A stretch of DNA of 37,801 nt. It comes from a virus (lineage: Duplodnaviria; Caudoviricetes). Positions 16,614-25,899 of the stretch are shown piece after piece; the first letter of the stretch is position 1, and each line of letters begins with the position of its first letter. The notes under the pieces are model-generated. The model saw nothing but the letters and a program-made list of their open reading frames with translations. It did not search any database and was not told the origin of the DNA. Position numbers and translations under genes: made by a program. Location: the IMG/VR virus record IMGVR_UViG_3300042341_000024, positions 1 to 37,801 of that record; one strand, 5' to 3'.

Positions 16614-17651
16614 TTAAACCTCCAACATCCGAATGCCGAGACCGGCGTAGTTAACTGCTTTGTACCCGTCAGGTCTTGTAACAACCATCCGCGGGAACTT
16701 CTTCTCAACTTCATCAGCCATAACGCCAATAAAGCGTCTGCCAGTACCGTTTCTATATTCAAACTCATAAAGCGGCAACTTGGTACGCTCGTCGCGACCA
16801 ACAACTTTAATGTTCTCTTTCAAGCGGCGATCAGAGCCGCCCATCATAAATGGCAGTGCAGCAGCACCAAGCTTGCCGCCAGCGCCAACAAGTCCACCGA
16901 TCATTTCGCCTTGAGCGTTCAAGCCTGCATTAAATGCACTTGTCTGCGAATTCAGGATGTTGCCTTGACCAGTGATACCCATCTGAGCGCCAGCTAGGGA
17001 GTAGCCAGCACCTTGGCCAAATGATCGGCTAAACTGATCCCCCGGAGCCATTGCAGAAGTGAGACCGGTAGAACCTGCAGCGGTAGCCGCACTATAAGCT
17101 CCAGTCGAAGCGCCAGCCAAATTACGACCCAAGCCGGTGACGTCCATGCTACGAGCAAAACCAATGCCTTCAGCTTGTCGACGGGCGTTGGTAGCTGCAC
17201 CCGCAGTCATACTTGCAAGGTTTATAGCGTTTTGGTTTCTTAGCATCAGCCCGGCACCTGAAGAAGGGTTAAGACCTCGACGAGCCATCTCACGATTGCT
17301 AACACCCTGCGCAGTTTGGAACGCGTTTGCTGCGTCGGCAGCGGCTTGGGCAGCGATCTGGGCTCTGTTACCCTCGGTGTTGTAATTCTGCACTTGGGCT
17401 ACTAGCCCAGTCTCCATCGGGCGGAACGTTCGCAGCTGGTAATCGTAGTAATCCTGCGCCTGCTTCATCTGCTGTTCCTGCGCAGCCATCTGCTGGGTGT
17501 AGACTCGTTCAGCCAGAGGTTTCATTTCCTCGTACTGACGCTGTGCGAAGTCCATTTGACGATTGCCCAAACGCTCAGCCGTAGCGATGCCTTTTTCTGT
17601 GGCAGCGGTCATAGCCGAATAGTCTGGTGCTGGTTGCGATTTTCCGCCCAT
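16614..17651 (-). CDS. DNA transfer/pilot-like protein with C-terminal peptidase S74 (intramolecular chaperone) domain
   Basis: ATG 17651 (MGGKSQPAPDY) with SD AAGGAG. A/G/Q-rich body. SDRRLKENI...GVMADEV...GYKAVNY. Confidence 0.8.
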   Translation of the reverse strand: MGGKSQPAPDYSAMTAATEKGIATAERLGNRQMDFAQRQYEEMKPLAERVYTQQMAAQEQQMKQAQDYYDYQLRTFRPMETGLVAQVQNYNTEGNRAQIAAQAAADAANAFQTAQGVSNREMARRGLNPSSGAGLMLRNQNAINLASMTAGAATNARRQAEGIGFARSMDVTGLGRNLAGASTGAYSAATAAGSTGLTSAMAPGDQFSRSFGQGAGYSLAGAQMGITGQGNILNSQTSAFNAGLNAQGEMIGGLVGAGGKLGAAALPFMMGGSDRRLKENIKVVGRDERTKLPLYEFEYRNGTGRRFIGVMADEVEKKFPRMVVTRPDGYKAVNYAGLGIRMLEV

Positions 17652-17653
17652 AT

Positions 17654-18070
17654 TTACTCCTTGCGCAGCCAACGACAGGTGTCAGGCCGCATTACCAAAA
17701 TCTGCATGTCAGCGCCGGGAGCGCCGTCTTTCATTACGAACTCTTCCTCAAACCCTAGATGCTTATCGAATTCTATGATATGCGGTTCATTTGTGGGCAC
17801 CATACCAGTGAGTCTTTTTAACTGGCAGTGGTTAAATGCATAGTTGCACACATGCTCGAAGAGGGGAATGATTTGCTTCGTCTGCCGTGCGATGGCTATA
17901 TGACATGTAGCGTTTGATCCATTGTAGTTGTTTATGACTACTCCGGCTAGAACCTCGTCACCCTGCATGACACCGAGCGCATAGAAACTTCCCCAGTCTG
18001 CGTTCTGACCGACACGCTCAGCAACCCAAGCGCCAATACGATCTTTCTGGTCAAAGACAAGTTCTGCCAT
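17654..18070 (-). CDS. GNAT-fold virion-associated protein
   Basis: YAFNHCQLKRLTGMV...N...FDKHLGFEEE; typical position just before podovirus ejection genes. Confidence 0.8.
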   Translation of the reverse strand: MAELVFDQKDRIGAWVAERVGQNADWGSFYALGVMQGDEVLAGVVINNYNGSNATCHIAIARQTKQIIPLFEHVCNYAFNHCQLKRLTGMVPTNEPHIIEFDKHLGFEEEFVMKDGAPGADMQILVMRPDTCRWLRKE

Positions 18071-18084
18071 GTGCGTATTATGTC

Positions 18085-18516
18085 TTATTGCGGTGGAGTT
18101 GGCCAGATGATTTCTGTAGGATAACCGGATTGTGCCGTGATGTCACGCAGCTCTTGTCGGTAGGTTGCCCATGCGGCTTTGGTAGAGATCGGAACATCGG
18201 GTAACTGAGTCCAGTCACTGGCAACTAATTTAGCCTTACGTTCCATAAGCACTGCCCTTGTCAGCTGCTGCAGTTCCCTTTGTGCGATGGCCGCAGTCTG
18301 TGCGGCTTCTAACGCGGCTTGGTCTGGATTTGATTCCCAGCACAGCGTGGTTGTGTTCCAGATGTCAAACTCAGAGGCTTTGGTTATGTAGTTCTCAGGG
18401 GGTTCGCCATTTCGCAGATACCAGCCGGAGGCATCAATGCCCTCGACCATGCGTTCGGAGCTAAAGCCCGTGTTTACCAGTGGGCCGTTTTCGCCATCCG
18501 TGTAATAGAAATGCAT
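18085..18516 (-). CDS. Tail fibre assembly chaperone
   Basis: LVASDWTQLPDVP...WATYRQELRDIT...WPTPP; directly follows the fibre gene. Confidence 0.85.
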   Translation of the reverse strand: MHFYYTDGENGPLVNTGFSSERMVEGIDASGWYLRNGEPPENYITKASEFDIWNTTTLCWESNPDQAALEAAQTAAIAQRELQQLTRAVLMERKAKLVASDWTQLPDVPISTKAAWATYRQELRDITAQSGYPTEIIWPTPPQ

Positions 18517-18517
18517 G

Positions 18518-21500
18518 TTACTTCCTAATGATCTCTACACCAAGCCAAGCGTTGACGTTTGGGTTAGCCCCGCCGTCAGACCTTTGCGCCAATACCCGTG
18601 CGTATTTATACACGCTGGTCACATAGTTGGGGCGACGTACCGTCCACAGAGCCCCCTCAGTGCTATTTGCGATTTCAGTAGCAGTGTTTACAAAGTAAGC
18701 TGCAAAACCCTCTAGACCTCCGGTATCGGTACAAGTCACATTCAGCGTTGCGATTTGATTAGGGCCGTTAGTTGTATACGTCAACACATTGGGCGTAGTG
18801 TATGACCAAGCGAAATAGGATAGATTAACTATACCTGACTGTGGTGTGCCAAAATTTCCAGAACTAAGAATGTCGTCCGCACAATAATACAGCCTATAGG
18901 TTCCAGCATTAGGAATCAAAAACACGAACTGCATGGTTACAGTTCCGAAAGAGTTATTTGCTGGCCATACAGACAGTTCCGTTAGAAGTGCTCGCGTTCT
19001 ATCAGCTGTGCCCCACCAGTAACCTCTTGTTGGCGCTCCATACGTAACAGGCGCTAATCGAATGGGAGCAGCATTTGTAAATACAACCTGAGCATACGAC
19101 ACGTATGGATTCTCAGGATCGTAGCTTATAGACGTAAATGATTCATTAACTGTAGTCCATGTCGTGGCATCGGTACTGATCTGCAGTTTGTAGTTATCTA
19201 GTATCGATGTATTAGCAGCACCGGGTGATAGAGGTTGCACCATTAGCTTAAGGAATGCGCCGTCTTGTGCTGCAGAACTAAAATCAATAAAACCAATCTG
19301 TCGTAAGGACAGATCGGAAAATGGCCACGTATTTTCTAGCTCAACAATGGCTGAAAACGTAATAGCGCCGCCAACAATCTGCAGCCTACCAACAGCCAAC
19401 TCAGCGATCTTTGCGCTACCAATAGAAGCCGCAGGAACTTCGATATCACCGCGGGCAACAATATTTTGAAACACAGCTTTACCAGAAACGCCGTTACCTT
19501 TGGCTACCGCCCAGCCCACAGTACCGTTATCAGTAATGTTGCCGTTTCCATCGATCGTGCCGTTAAAGTCCGAAGACGCAATAAAGTTCCCGATCTTGGC
19601 GTTTGAAACTGCGGCAGTACCGATCTTTGCATTTGTGATGGAGGCATCAGCAATATACGCTTCGCCAATGGCTGCACTAGCAATATAGGTGCTAATGTTG
19701 GCTGACGTAATCGAGCTTAAATAGGCAAAGTTTCCAAACGATGGGATGTTTGTGATCTGGGTGCTCCAGTTAACACTGCTCGCAGTAGCCAATGTACCGA
19801 GGCCAGTAACGCTAGAAGCAGCAACTGTGTTTGCAGTAGCCAACGAACCAAGACCTGTCACGCTGGAGGCAGCAACTGTGTCGGCAGTAGCCAACGAGCC
19901 GAGACCTGTAACGCTAGTAGCAGCGACTGTGTTTGCAGTAGCCAATGAGCCGAGGCCAGTAATATTAGTTGTGCTGAGCGGCGTACCAGCTGCAAAGATG
20001 ATGTTTCCGTTAGAGTCCTTAATACTCAATCCACGGGTGTCGATCTGGGACGCAACTAATTGACCGCGAATAGCTGCAGCGCCAAACTCAGCAACGCCGT
20101 TACCGTCAACTCGCCAGCCAGCATTACCAGCAACAAAGTTAGAAGACTGGATGTACTGGCCGACACTAATTGAGCCAGCAATAATTTTGTCAGCAGTCAG
20201 ACTGGTTATTTTTGCGCTGTCTACAGCAAGGTCAGCGATCTTAGCATTAGTGATTGTGCCGTTTTGGATGTAGCCATCAGTGATATACACGCCAGCGGGG
20301 ACGGTTTGACCGCCAATTTCTGTTTCCGCAGTTCGCACAATGAAAGGCATTGTGGGTGTAATGCCCGGGCCACTAGGGCTAGCAATGTAGAACGAGTCAG
20401 CACGAACAGCAAAAGTACTAGTTGCTCCAGCAGTGTTAGCTGTAGATGCTAGACCAAAGCCAGAAACATAACCATTGAGGTCGACCTTAACTGTGTACCT
20501 ACCTTCAAGATTCTCACCACTTGATTTTGTAAAGTAGTTGGCCTGTAGTGCAGCAGTCGTCGTGTAGTTGTCTAACGTGCTACTAGAGACAAAAGTTGTT
20601 GTAGCGTTGGTAATCGCAGAATCTGTGGCGGTCTTGGTGTAGTAGTCACTTGAGAGTGTGGCTGTTGTTGCGTAGTTACCAAGTGCAGAATTAAGGCCAG
20701 TCTCTGACACCAAATAAAGCGTGGCGTTACTAATTGCTGAATCGGTAGCTGTCTTAGTGTAGTAGTCGTTTGTTAAAGTCGCAGTTGATGTGTAGCTACC
20801 GAGGGTGTTGTTGAGCGCGGTTTCGGATACCAATCCAGTAGTTGCTACACTGATCGCCGAGTCAGTTGCGGTCTTGGTGTAGTAATCGTTGGACAGCGTA
20901 GCTGTTGTGGCGTAATTGCCCAACGTATTGTTTAGGTTCGTTGATGTAACCAGATCGAGCGTAGCTTGACTAATAGCACTGTCAGTCGCTGTCTTGGTGT
21001 AATAGTTGTTTGTTAAATCTGCTGACGAGGCATAGGTAGCCAACGCGCTGTCTAAAGCGGTATTTGATACCAAGAACTGCGTAGCGGATGTAATCGCTGA
21101 GTCTGTGGCAGATTTTGTGTAGTAGTCGTTAATCAGATTGGCGGTCGTTGTGTACGCGCCAAGAGTATTGTTCAGCGCAGTCCCTGATACCAATGACGTC
21201 GTTGCCGAAGTGATAGCCGAATCCGTTGCTGTCTTTGTGTAGTAGTTGTTAGTAAGACTTGCAACAGTAGCGGGCAGACCAGTTGTAGCGTCATTTACTT
21301 GGTTGTACAAAGTTTGGCGGGCAACAGTCTCCGCCCCAAGGTCGGTTACGATATTTCCGATCTGAGTTGTATGAGCAGCAACGACCTGACCAAGAGATGT
21401 GTAATCGCCGACCTTTGTCCAGTAAGTCGTGTTGGTGGGCAGGTTACCAGTCGTAGCTTGGATTGCTTGGTAGATAGCGCCGTTGTAAGAAACCAACGCG

Positions 21501-22246
21501 TTAACCGCGTATGTTGTGGAGCTGGAGTATGCAGGTGTACTTTGCAAGTCGTTAACTTGAGCCTGCACAGCATTAACACGAGCGTTTACAGAACCTGCAA
21601 GGCTGGCAGGTGCGTCAATTAAATCAATGCGAGAACTAAGACCTGAGAAGAGTTGTGCAGATGTCAGTTCACCAGTCAACGCTTCTAGGAGTTTGGCAAC
21701 ATCTTGGCCGGTAGTGACAACAAATCCATTCGTGCCGCCAGCAGGGCTTGCACTAAGAACGCCGTCATTGGACTCCCACTTAATCCACAAATGCCACTCA
21801 GTAGCCGGGTCGGTAGCGTAAGAAGTAACTTGTCCCGCGAATTGGGTAATTTCAACCGCGTTAGCAAAAACTGGCTGAGGTTCACTACCTGCGCGTTTAG
21901 CACCGTAAATATGAGACGTACGGTGTCCATGCCCTTGTGTGTAAATAGGTGCGTCGCACTCAATGATGATTGTGGTAATCGCAGCCGTAGCGGTAAAACC
22001 TGTAGGCGTAGGAGGCGCAGTAAGATCAGGAACGTAGGGGCCAGAGACGGATGGGCCAGTGATAAGAGGGGCAGAGCCGCCGCCAAATTGGAAGTTACTT
22101 ACCGAGGCAAAGCCTGAGTCAACCAAGTCGCGTAGCGTCACACCACGGTCAAGCGGGTCGCCCTGCTTACCCAAATAGGTCATCAAGGTCTCACGGACAC
22201 GAGCGCCAAAGTTACTGGCGCTGTCGCTTGGAATGTCGTTTCTCAT
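18518..22246 (-). CDS. Tail fibre/host-specificity protein (DUF1983-like, CBM5/12-like module, repeats)
   Basis: YTVKVDLNGYVSGFGL...FAVRADSF...GYIQNGTITNAKI; YAVNALVSYNGAIYQA...YW; 40-aa and 17-aa repeats. Confidence 0.85.
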   Translation of the reverse strand: MRNDIPSDSASNFGARVRETLMTYLGKQGDPLDRGVTLRDLVDSGFASVSNFQFGGGSAPLITGPSVSGPYVPDLTAPPTPTGFTATAAITTIIIECDAPIYTQGHGHRTSHIYGAKRAGSEPQPVFANAVEITQFAGQVTSYATDPATEWHLWIKWESNDGVLSASPAGGTNGFVVTTGQDVAKLLEALTGELTSAQLFSGLSSRIDLIDAPASLAGSVNARVNAVQAQVNDLQSTPAYSSSTTYAVNALVSYNGAIYQAIQATTGNLPTNTTYWTKVGDYTSLGQVVAAHTTQIGNIVTDLGAETVARQTLYNQVNDATTGLPATVASLTNNYYTKTATDSAITSATTSLVSGTALNNTLGAYTTTANLINDYYTKSATDSAITSATQFLVSNTALDSALATYASSADLTNNYYTKTATDSAISQATLDLVTSTNLNNTLGNYATTATLSNDYYTKTATDSAISVATTGLVSETALNNTLGSYTSTATLTNDYYTKTATDSAISNATLYLVSETGLNSALGNYATTATLSSDYYTKTATDSAITNATTTFVSSSTLDNYTTTAALQANYFTKSSGENLEGRYTVKVDLNGYVSGFGLASTANTAGATSTFAVRADSFYIASPSGPGITPTMPFIVRTAETEIGGQTVPAGVYITDGYIQNGTITNAKIADLAVDSAKITSLTADKIIAGSISVGQYIQSSNFVAGNAGWRVDGNGVAEFGAAAIRGQLVASQIDTRGLSIKDSNGNIIFAAGTPLSTTNITGLGSLATANTVAATSVTGLGSLATADTVAASSVTGLGSLATANTVAASSVTGLGTLATASSVNWSTQITNIPSFGNFAYLSSITSANISTYIASAAIGEAYIADASITNAKIGTAAVSNAKIGNFIASSDFNGTIDGNGNITDNGTVGWAVAKGNGVSGKAVFQNIVARGDIEVPAASIGSAKIAELAVGRLQIVGGAITFSAIVELENTWPFSDLSLRQIGFIDFSSAAQDGAFLKLMVQPLSPGAANTSILDNYKLQISTDATTWTTVNESFTSISYDPENPYVSYAQVVFTNAAPIRLAPVTYGAPTRGYWWGTADRTRALLTELSVWPANNSFGTVTMQFVFLIPNAGTYRLYYCADDILSSGNFGTPQSGIVNLSYFAWSYTTPNVLTYTTNGPNQIATLNVTCTDTGGLEGFAAYFVNTATEIANSTEGALWTVRRPNYVTSVYKYARVLAQRSDGGANPNVNAWLGVEIIRK
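19770..19965 (-). repeat. Four 51-nt (17-aa) tandem repeats TGLGSLATANTVAASSV
   Basis: GCAGTAGCCAA at 19782, 19833, 19884 and 19935. Confidence 0.9.
20520..21260 (-). repeat. Six 120-nt (40-aa) tandem repeats with YYTKTATDSAI core, plus one shortened copy
   Basis: Core at 20631, 20751, 20871, 20991, 21111 and 21231; degenerate copy at ~20523. Confidence 0.9.
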
Positions 22247-23886
22247 AGCTGTTTGAGTTCCTCAATAGATGTCGCGATGGCTGCATCTTGGACAGGGTTT
22301 GAACCTTCCAGCTCAATCTGAAACTCGAATGCGCGGTAGCCACTTGGCAACCTAAACGGATTGCGGTCTGCAACGGTCTGCGTGTGCTTTAGTGCGCCGT
22401 CGGCGTACAATCGGAATGTGACGGGGTATGCGTTGGCAACAACCACTGCAGCAGCAAAATTTATTGGGGAGCCTTGGCGGAATGGCTTGCTGCGTGAGCG
22501 ATATGTCATCGCTGTGCCTGCGTCCCACTTACCGACGTTTGTACCTGTCAATACATACAGTTGATCTTTGAGGCTGTCGAAGTACATGGCTGAATAGCCA
22601 ACATCGAGGAAGTAAATACCGCCGCCGTTGGGATCGATGATGAAGCCCTTGCGGCCAGAGCCGTCGTTGTAGCTGCCTAAGTACATACCCTCATACATCT
22701 TGCCAATAATGCTACTTGGAACCAGTGCTTGCCAGTCTTCACGAAGCATAACGCCATTAGTAATAACCCTAGCACCATCTTGGCCAAGCCAGCACAGACC
22801 ATCTTCAGAAGCCCAAGCCACACCAGTACCCATGCTTACAATAGAACGTGCAGCTACGCAGGCTTGGTTGATTTCCAAGGGCTTTTGATCCATACCATCA
22901 GGGGTCGAGCCTTGCGCAACCAACGGGCGTCCGGTTGTCAACACCAGCAAAGTTTGCCCGAACACGCCAAGGCCGACAGGTTTGCTGTCTGGTGGGATGA
23001 TCTCGTACGTTGGAGGCCATGCATAAGGAGCATATGGCTCGCAGATGCGCACCGAGTTACCCGAGATACCACTCATCATTCCGTTCCACATAGCCGTCAG
23101 ATTAGACAGCGTTGGTTCAGTAATGCTCGTTGCGCCGCCTGTTGGAACACCGGGAGCTGGGAACCAGAAATTCGTTCCGAGGTTTTCACCAAGGGTGCGG
23201 TTGTCGTCTGTGGTTGACGACGTTGCGATAGTGATCTCGCGCAGGAAATAGAAGTCAGTGCCTGTTGAACTGCCTTGTGTGCGGTAGATGCGGATCGTGG
23301 CAATGTCGTAGTTACCAGATGGCGCAGCACTAAAGCCAGAGATGGCAGTTGAGCCTAGGGTGTCCCGGGTCACTAGGGCGCTCACAGGTGATGGCGCAGA
23401 TTCCCAGCCAAGGCTGTTCACGTACGTGTAGACGTAGTAGTAATACTCGATGACTGGGGATGTAGCACCGGAATTGGTTCCAGTAACTGCTGGCGCAGAA
23501 ACCGGAGCAGGCAGGCCCATAGGGCGTGAAGTCGTAGGATACGGCGCTGTGGCTAGGCCAATCACGTTGTTGGTGAACTTGGGAGCGCCGTCGCCTGTGT
23601 AGAAGGTTTGCTCAGTTGTGTCGTTGGCATCAAAGCCACGCACCACATTCACAGCAGTTGTCCAGCTGAGCCAGTACTGAGCGTCCGAGTCAACATCACG
23701 ACCCATGCGATAAATGGTCTCACGACCAGCCGGAACGGTAGCAACAGTAGTTGGGGATTTCCAAGGGCGTAAGTCACCGCGCCCGGGTTTTTGGTTGCGG
23801 GATGCGACACCTACAGTCTCAGGCAACAGAACGGGGTTGATAGCCCGGTTCTCACCGGAAAAACCCGCATAGCGAATAACGGCCAT
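22243..23886 (-). CDS. Tail nozzle/tubular protein B-like (547 aa)
   Basis: SD AGGAG. Beta-rich sequence (YVYTYV...ESAPSP, PYAWP, WASEDGL, REDWQAL); ATGA overlap with the fibre gene. Confidence 0.7.
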   Translation of the reverse strand: MAVIRYAGFSGENRAINPVLLPETVGVASRNQKPGRGDLRPWKSPTTVATVPAGRETIYRMGRDVDSDAQYWLSWTTAVNVVRGFDANDTTEQTFYTGDGAPKFTNNVIGLATAPYPTTSRPMGLPAPVSAPAVTGTNSGATSPVIEYYYYVYTYVNSLGWESAPSPVSALVTRDTLGSTAISGFSAAPSGNYDIATIRIYRTQGSSTGTDFYFLREITIATSSTTDDNRTLGENLGTNFWFPAPGVPTGGATSITEPTLSNLTAMWNGMMSGISGNSVRICEPYAPYAWPPTYEIIPPDSKPVGLGVFGQTLLVLTTGRPLVAQGSTPDGMDQKPLEINQACVAARSIVSMGTGVAWASEDGLCWLGQDGARVITNGVMLREDWQALVPSSIIGKMYEGMYLGSYNDGSGRKGFIIDPNGGGIYFLDVGYSAMYFDSLKDQLYVLTGTNVGKWDAGTAMTYRSRSKPFRQGSPINFAAAVVVANAYPVTFRLYADGALKHTQTVADRNPFRLPSGYRAFEFQIELEGSNPVQDAAIATSIEELKQL

Positions 23887-23916
23887 GGCTAACTCCTATA
23901 TGCCTAGATTGTAGTG

Positions 23917-24531
23917 TTAACCACCCAAAACAGCTAGGGCCTGATTGATGTGTTTGATGCGATCGTCAAGGCCAATTGTGCCGCCGTTGATGCGTTTAGT
24001 CATGGTCACAAAGTCGCGGCCATCAGCGTGCTGGTTAATCTTGTGTGTCTGCCAGAACCAACCCGCTGTTTGAGCGGCGTACTTGGGCGTGCGCACGAGT
24101 TCAGGCTCCATCACGAAGTCCACACCGAGGGCTTTGCCTGCATGGTAGAAGTTGCTATGACCAGTCAGCTGGAGAAATCCGGAGCCGCGGAACCGCCAGC
24201 CATCCCCAGAAGCCTCGTCACGGTTGCCCATACGGTTGCTGTAAATGCGATTGGCGATGCGTTTAGGCTGCTTCTCGTAGGCAGCAGCTTCCTCGGGAGT
24301 AAAGCCCCACTTGCGCTTTGGTGTCAGAGGGAACAGCTTCAAAAGCGTTACAGCTCTGTAGTTCAGGTTCTCTTCCATGATCTTGAAGTTGCCGCACTCG
24401 TGCCCACACTGACCGATCCAGCTTGCTTGCTGCAAAGGCGTGAGGATGCCGAACCGCTCGAAGGTTTCGTTGAACGCATCGGCCAACGCGGGGTCGATGT
24501 GCATTTGTTTGAGTTGGTCACTTGTTACCAT
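23917..24531 (-). CDS. Endolysin, glycoside hydrolase family 19
   Basis: QCGHECGNF...EENLNY, FRGSGFLQLTG, AGWFW, TKRINGGTIGLDDR. Confidence 0.93.
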   Translation of the reverse strand: MVTSDQLKQMHIDPALADAFNETFERFGILTPLQQASWIGQCGHECGNFKIMEENLNYRAVTLLKLFPLTPKRKWGFTPEEAAAYEKQPKRIANRIYSNRMGNRDEASGDGWRFRGSGFLQLTGHSNFYHAGKALGVDFVMEPELVRTPKYAAQTAGWFWQTHKINQHADGRDFVTMTKRINGGTIGLDDRIKHINQALAVLGG

Positions 24532-25018
24532 TTAAGAGATTCCTTACGTCGTTGTATGCGTCGATGCACGCATTCAGTTGTGCAGTGTTCTTGTCGCCCT
24601 GAGCCACTATTTCTGCGATGGCTTGGAGGGTTGCTCGCTCGGCATCAGAAGCTTGGTCAGCCTGTCGGTTAGGTTCACTTCTTGTTTCTGTGCTATTTGC
24701 GGGGGCAGAGGCGGGACTTGCGGGGGCTTGTACGCAACTTGGGGTGGGGAGGCGCACCCGACCAGCAGCAATGAGACGATTGAGATCAGTTTGCTTTTGA
24801 TTGACAACATTTGTGGTCTCCTGAAGTTTAGTGGCAGTAGTGTTGATCTGTTCAGTCAGCTTTTGCTCGGTCTGACGAGCTTCCTCGTTCTTCTTGGCAA
24901 TCTCAATTTGCATTTCCTTGTCGCGATCAGACCAACCGAAATGATACCCACCTCGGTAAGTGCCGAACAGTGTGATGCACAAACCAAACAAAATCCAAGG
25001 AAGTGGGATGCCAAACAT
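24518..25018 (-). CDS. Rz: i-spanin (Rz-like)
   Basis: N-terminal TM segment, coiled coil, GRVRL, C-terminal QLNACIDAY. Confidence 0.85.
   Translation of the reverse strand: MFGIPLPWILFGLCITLFGTYRGGYHFGWSDRDKEMQIEIAKKNEEARQTEQKLTEQINTTATKLQETTNVVNQKQTDLNRLIAAGRVRLPTPSCVQAPASPASAPANSTETRSEPNRQADQASDAERATLQAIAEIVAQGDKNTAQLNACIDAYNDVRNLLNGNK
24607..24810 (-). CDS. Rz1: o-spanin lipoprotein (Rz1-like) nested in the +1 frame of Rz
   Basis: SD AGGAG 7 nt before ATG 24810; lipobox LVGC; Pro-rich mature part. Confidence 0.85.
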   Translation of the reverse strand: MLSIKSKLISIVSLLLVGCASPPQVAYKPPQVPPLPPQIAQKQEVNLTDRLTKLLMPSEQPSKPSQK

Positions 25019-25020
25019 AA

Positions 25021-25551
25021 TCAGTTCTCCTTACGAGCGGCTGCAATTTCAGCACGGTCGTCATCAGGCTCCATGTGTTCTGGAGGTGTTGTAGGGGGAG
25101 GCCCGGGAGTCCACGATTCGTCAAGGTCTGGATTCTTGTAGCCCATCCAATTGAAGTTGGGCATGATCGATGAAGCCGCTGGAGGTGGAGAGATCACCGT
25201 TGCCTGCACAGGTATTGGTGCGCTAGTAGTTGTCGTCGTGACTGTCGTTGTGGGGGGTGTAGGAGCCATAGCCTGAGCGGCAGCGCCAACGGCACGTTTA
25301 CTCATCACGCCGCCAATACCACCTACTATCAACAACACAATGTCGTTCAGCATCTTCGTGTAAGCCTGATCGATGGGAGCCATCGACTTGATTGGCTGTG
25401 TGACGAACGTTACCGAGTACAGAAGCGCCACGACAATGAAGCACAGGATGCAGGTGACTGCAACCACCACAAAGCCCCAAATGCGGACTTCAATGTCTTC
25501 AGCGGTTAGGACTGGCTTCGGGAGCTGGTTGGGCTGGCTGGTTTGTTGCAT
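25021..25551 (-). CDS. Two-TM membrane protein, holin candidate, with Pro/Thr-rich tail
   Basis: TM segments IWGFVVVAVTCILCFIVVALLY and IVLLIVGGIGGV; SD GGAG. Confidence 0.65.
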   Translation of the reverse strand: MQQTSQPNQLPKPVLTAEDIEVRIWGFVVVAVTCILCFIVVALLYSVTFVTQPIKSMAPIDQAYTKMLNDIVLLIVGGIGGVMSKRAVGAAAQAMAPTPPTTTVTTTTTSAPIPVQATVISPPPAASSIMPNFNWMGYKNPDLDESWTPGPPPTTPPEHMEPDDDRAEIAAARKEN

Positions 25552-25726
25552 TGATTTGCTTCTCCAAGATCGGGGCTACAAGGTATTCGGGGCACTGCTG
25601 TGTAAACAAGCATTTGGGCTTTTGGCATTGTGCAGCATGAAAGTTGTCAGGGTTCTGGCAGTAATAGCGGTACCGGTCTTCACAGCCGGTCAGCATCAGT
25701 GCCGCAAAAAGAAAAATATACTTCAT
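25499..25726 (-). CDS. Cys-rich lipoprotein (75 aa)
   Basis: Lipobox LTGC, then EDRYRYYCQNP...C...C...C. Confidence 0.8.
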   Translation of the reverse strand: MKYIFLFAALMLTGCEDRYRYYCQNPDNFHAAQCQKPKCLFTQQCPEYLVAPILEKQINATNQPAQPAPEASPNR

Positions 25727-25899
25727 ACCATAACATCCACAGAGTTGGGTCTAGCCCATTGGTTTCTGACTTGTTGCAACTTTAATTCCTGTTCTTTCTG
25801 TAAGTTCAGACGTTGCAGTTCCTGCAGGTTTTTCTGGTGCATAACCCTGTATGTTTCTTGCAACATCTTGGCATTGGTGTGATAAAGCGTTACTTTCAT
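25723..25899 (-). CDS. Hypothetical Gln-rich coiled-coil protein (58 aa), absent from ORF track
   Basis: MKVTLYHTNAKMLQETYRVMHQKNLQELQRLNLQKEQELKLQQVRNQWARPNSVDVMV; ATGA overlaps at both ends. Confidence 0.75.
   Translation of the reverse strand: MKVTLYHTNAKMLQETYRVMHQKNLQELQRLNLQKEQELKLQQVRNQWARPNSVDVMV

Noticed and set aside
17652-17672. Upstream start for the S74-bearing gene given by the ORF track
   Set aside because: It overlaps the GNAT gene end; ATG 17651 has a proper AAGGAG SD.
18518-19400. Diversity-generating retroelement target at a fibre tip
   Set aside because: No reverse transcriptase and no adenine-variant template repeat seen in the window; cannot be excluded elsewhere in the genome.
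20520-21260. Regularly spaced repeats resembling a CRISPR array
   Set aside because: They are in-frame coding repeats with synonymous variation; the intervening sequence is also homologous.
23950-24672. 240-aa + strand ORF opposite the endolysin and Rz
   Set aside because: Antisense shadow of well-supported genes; no recognisable motif.
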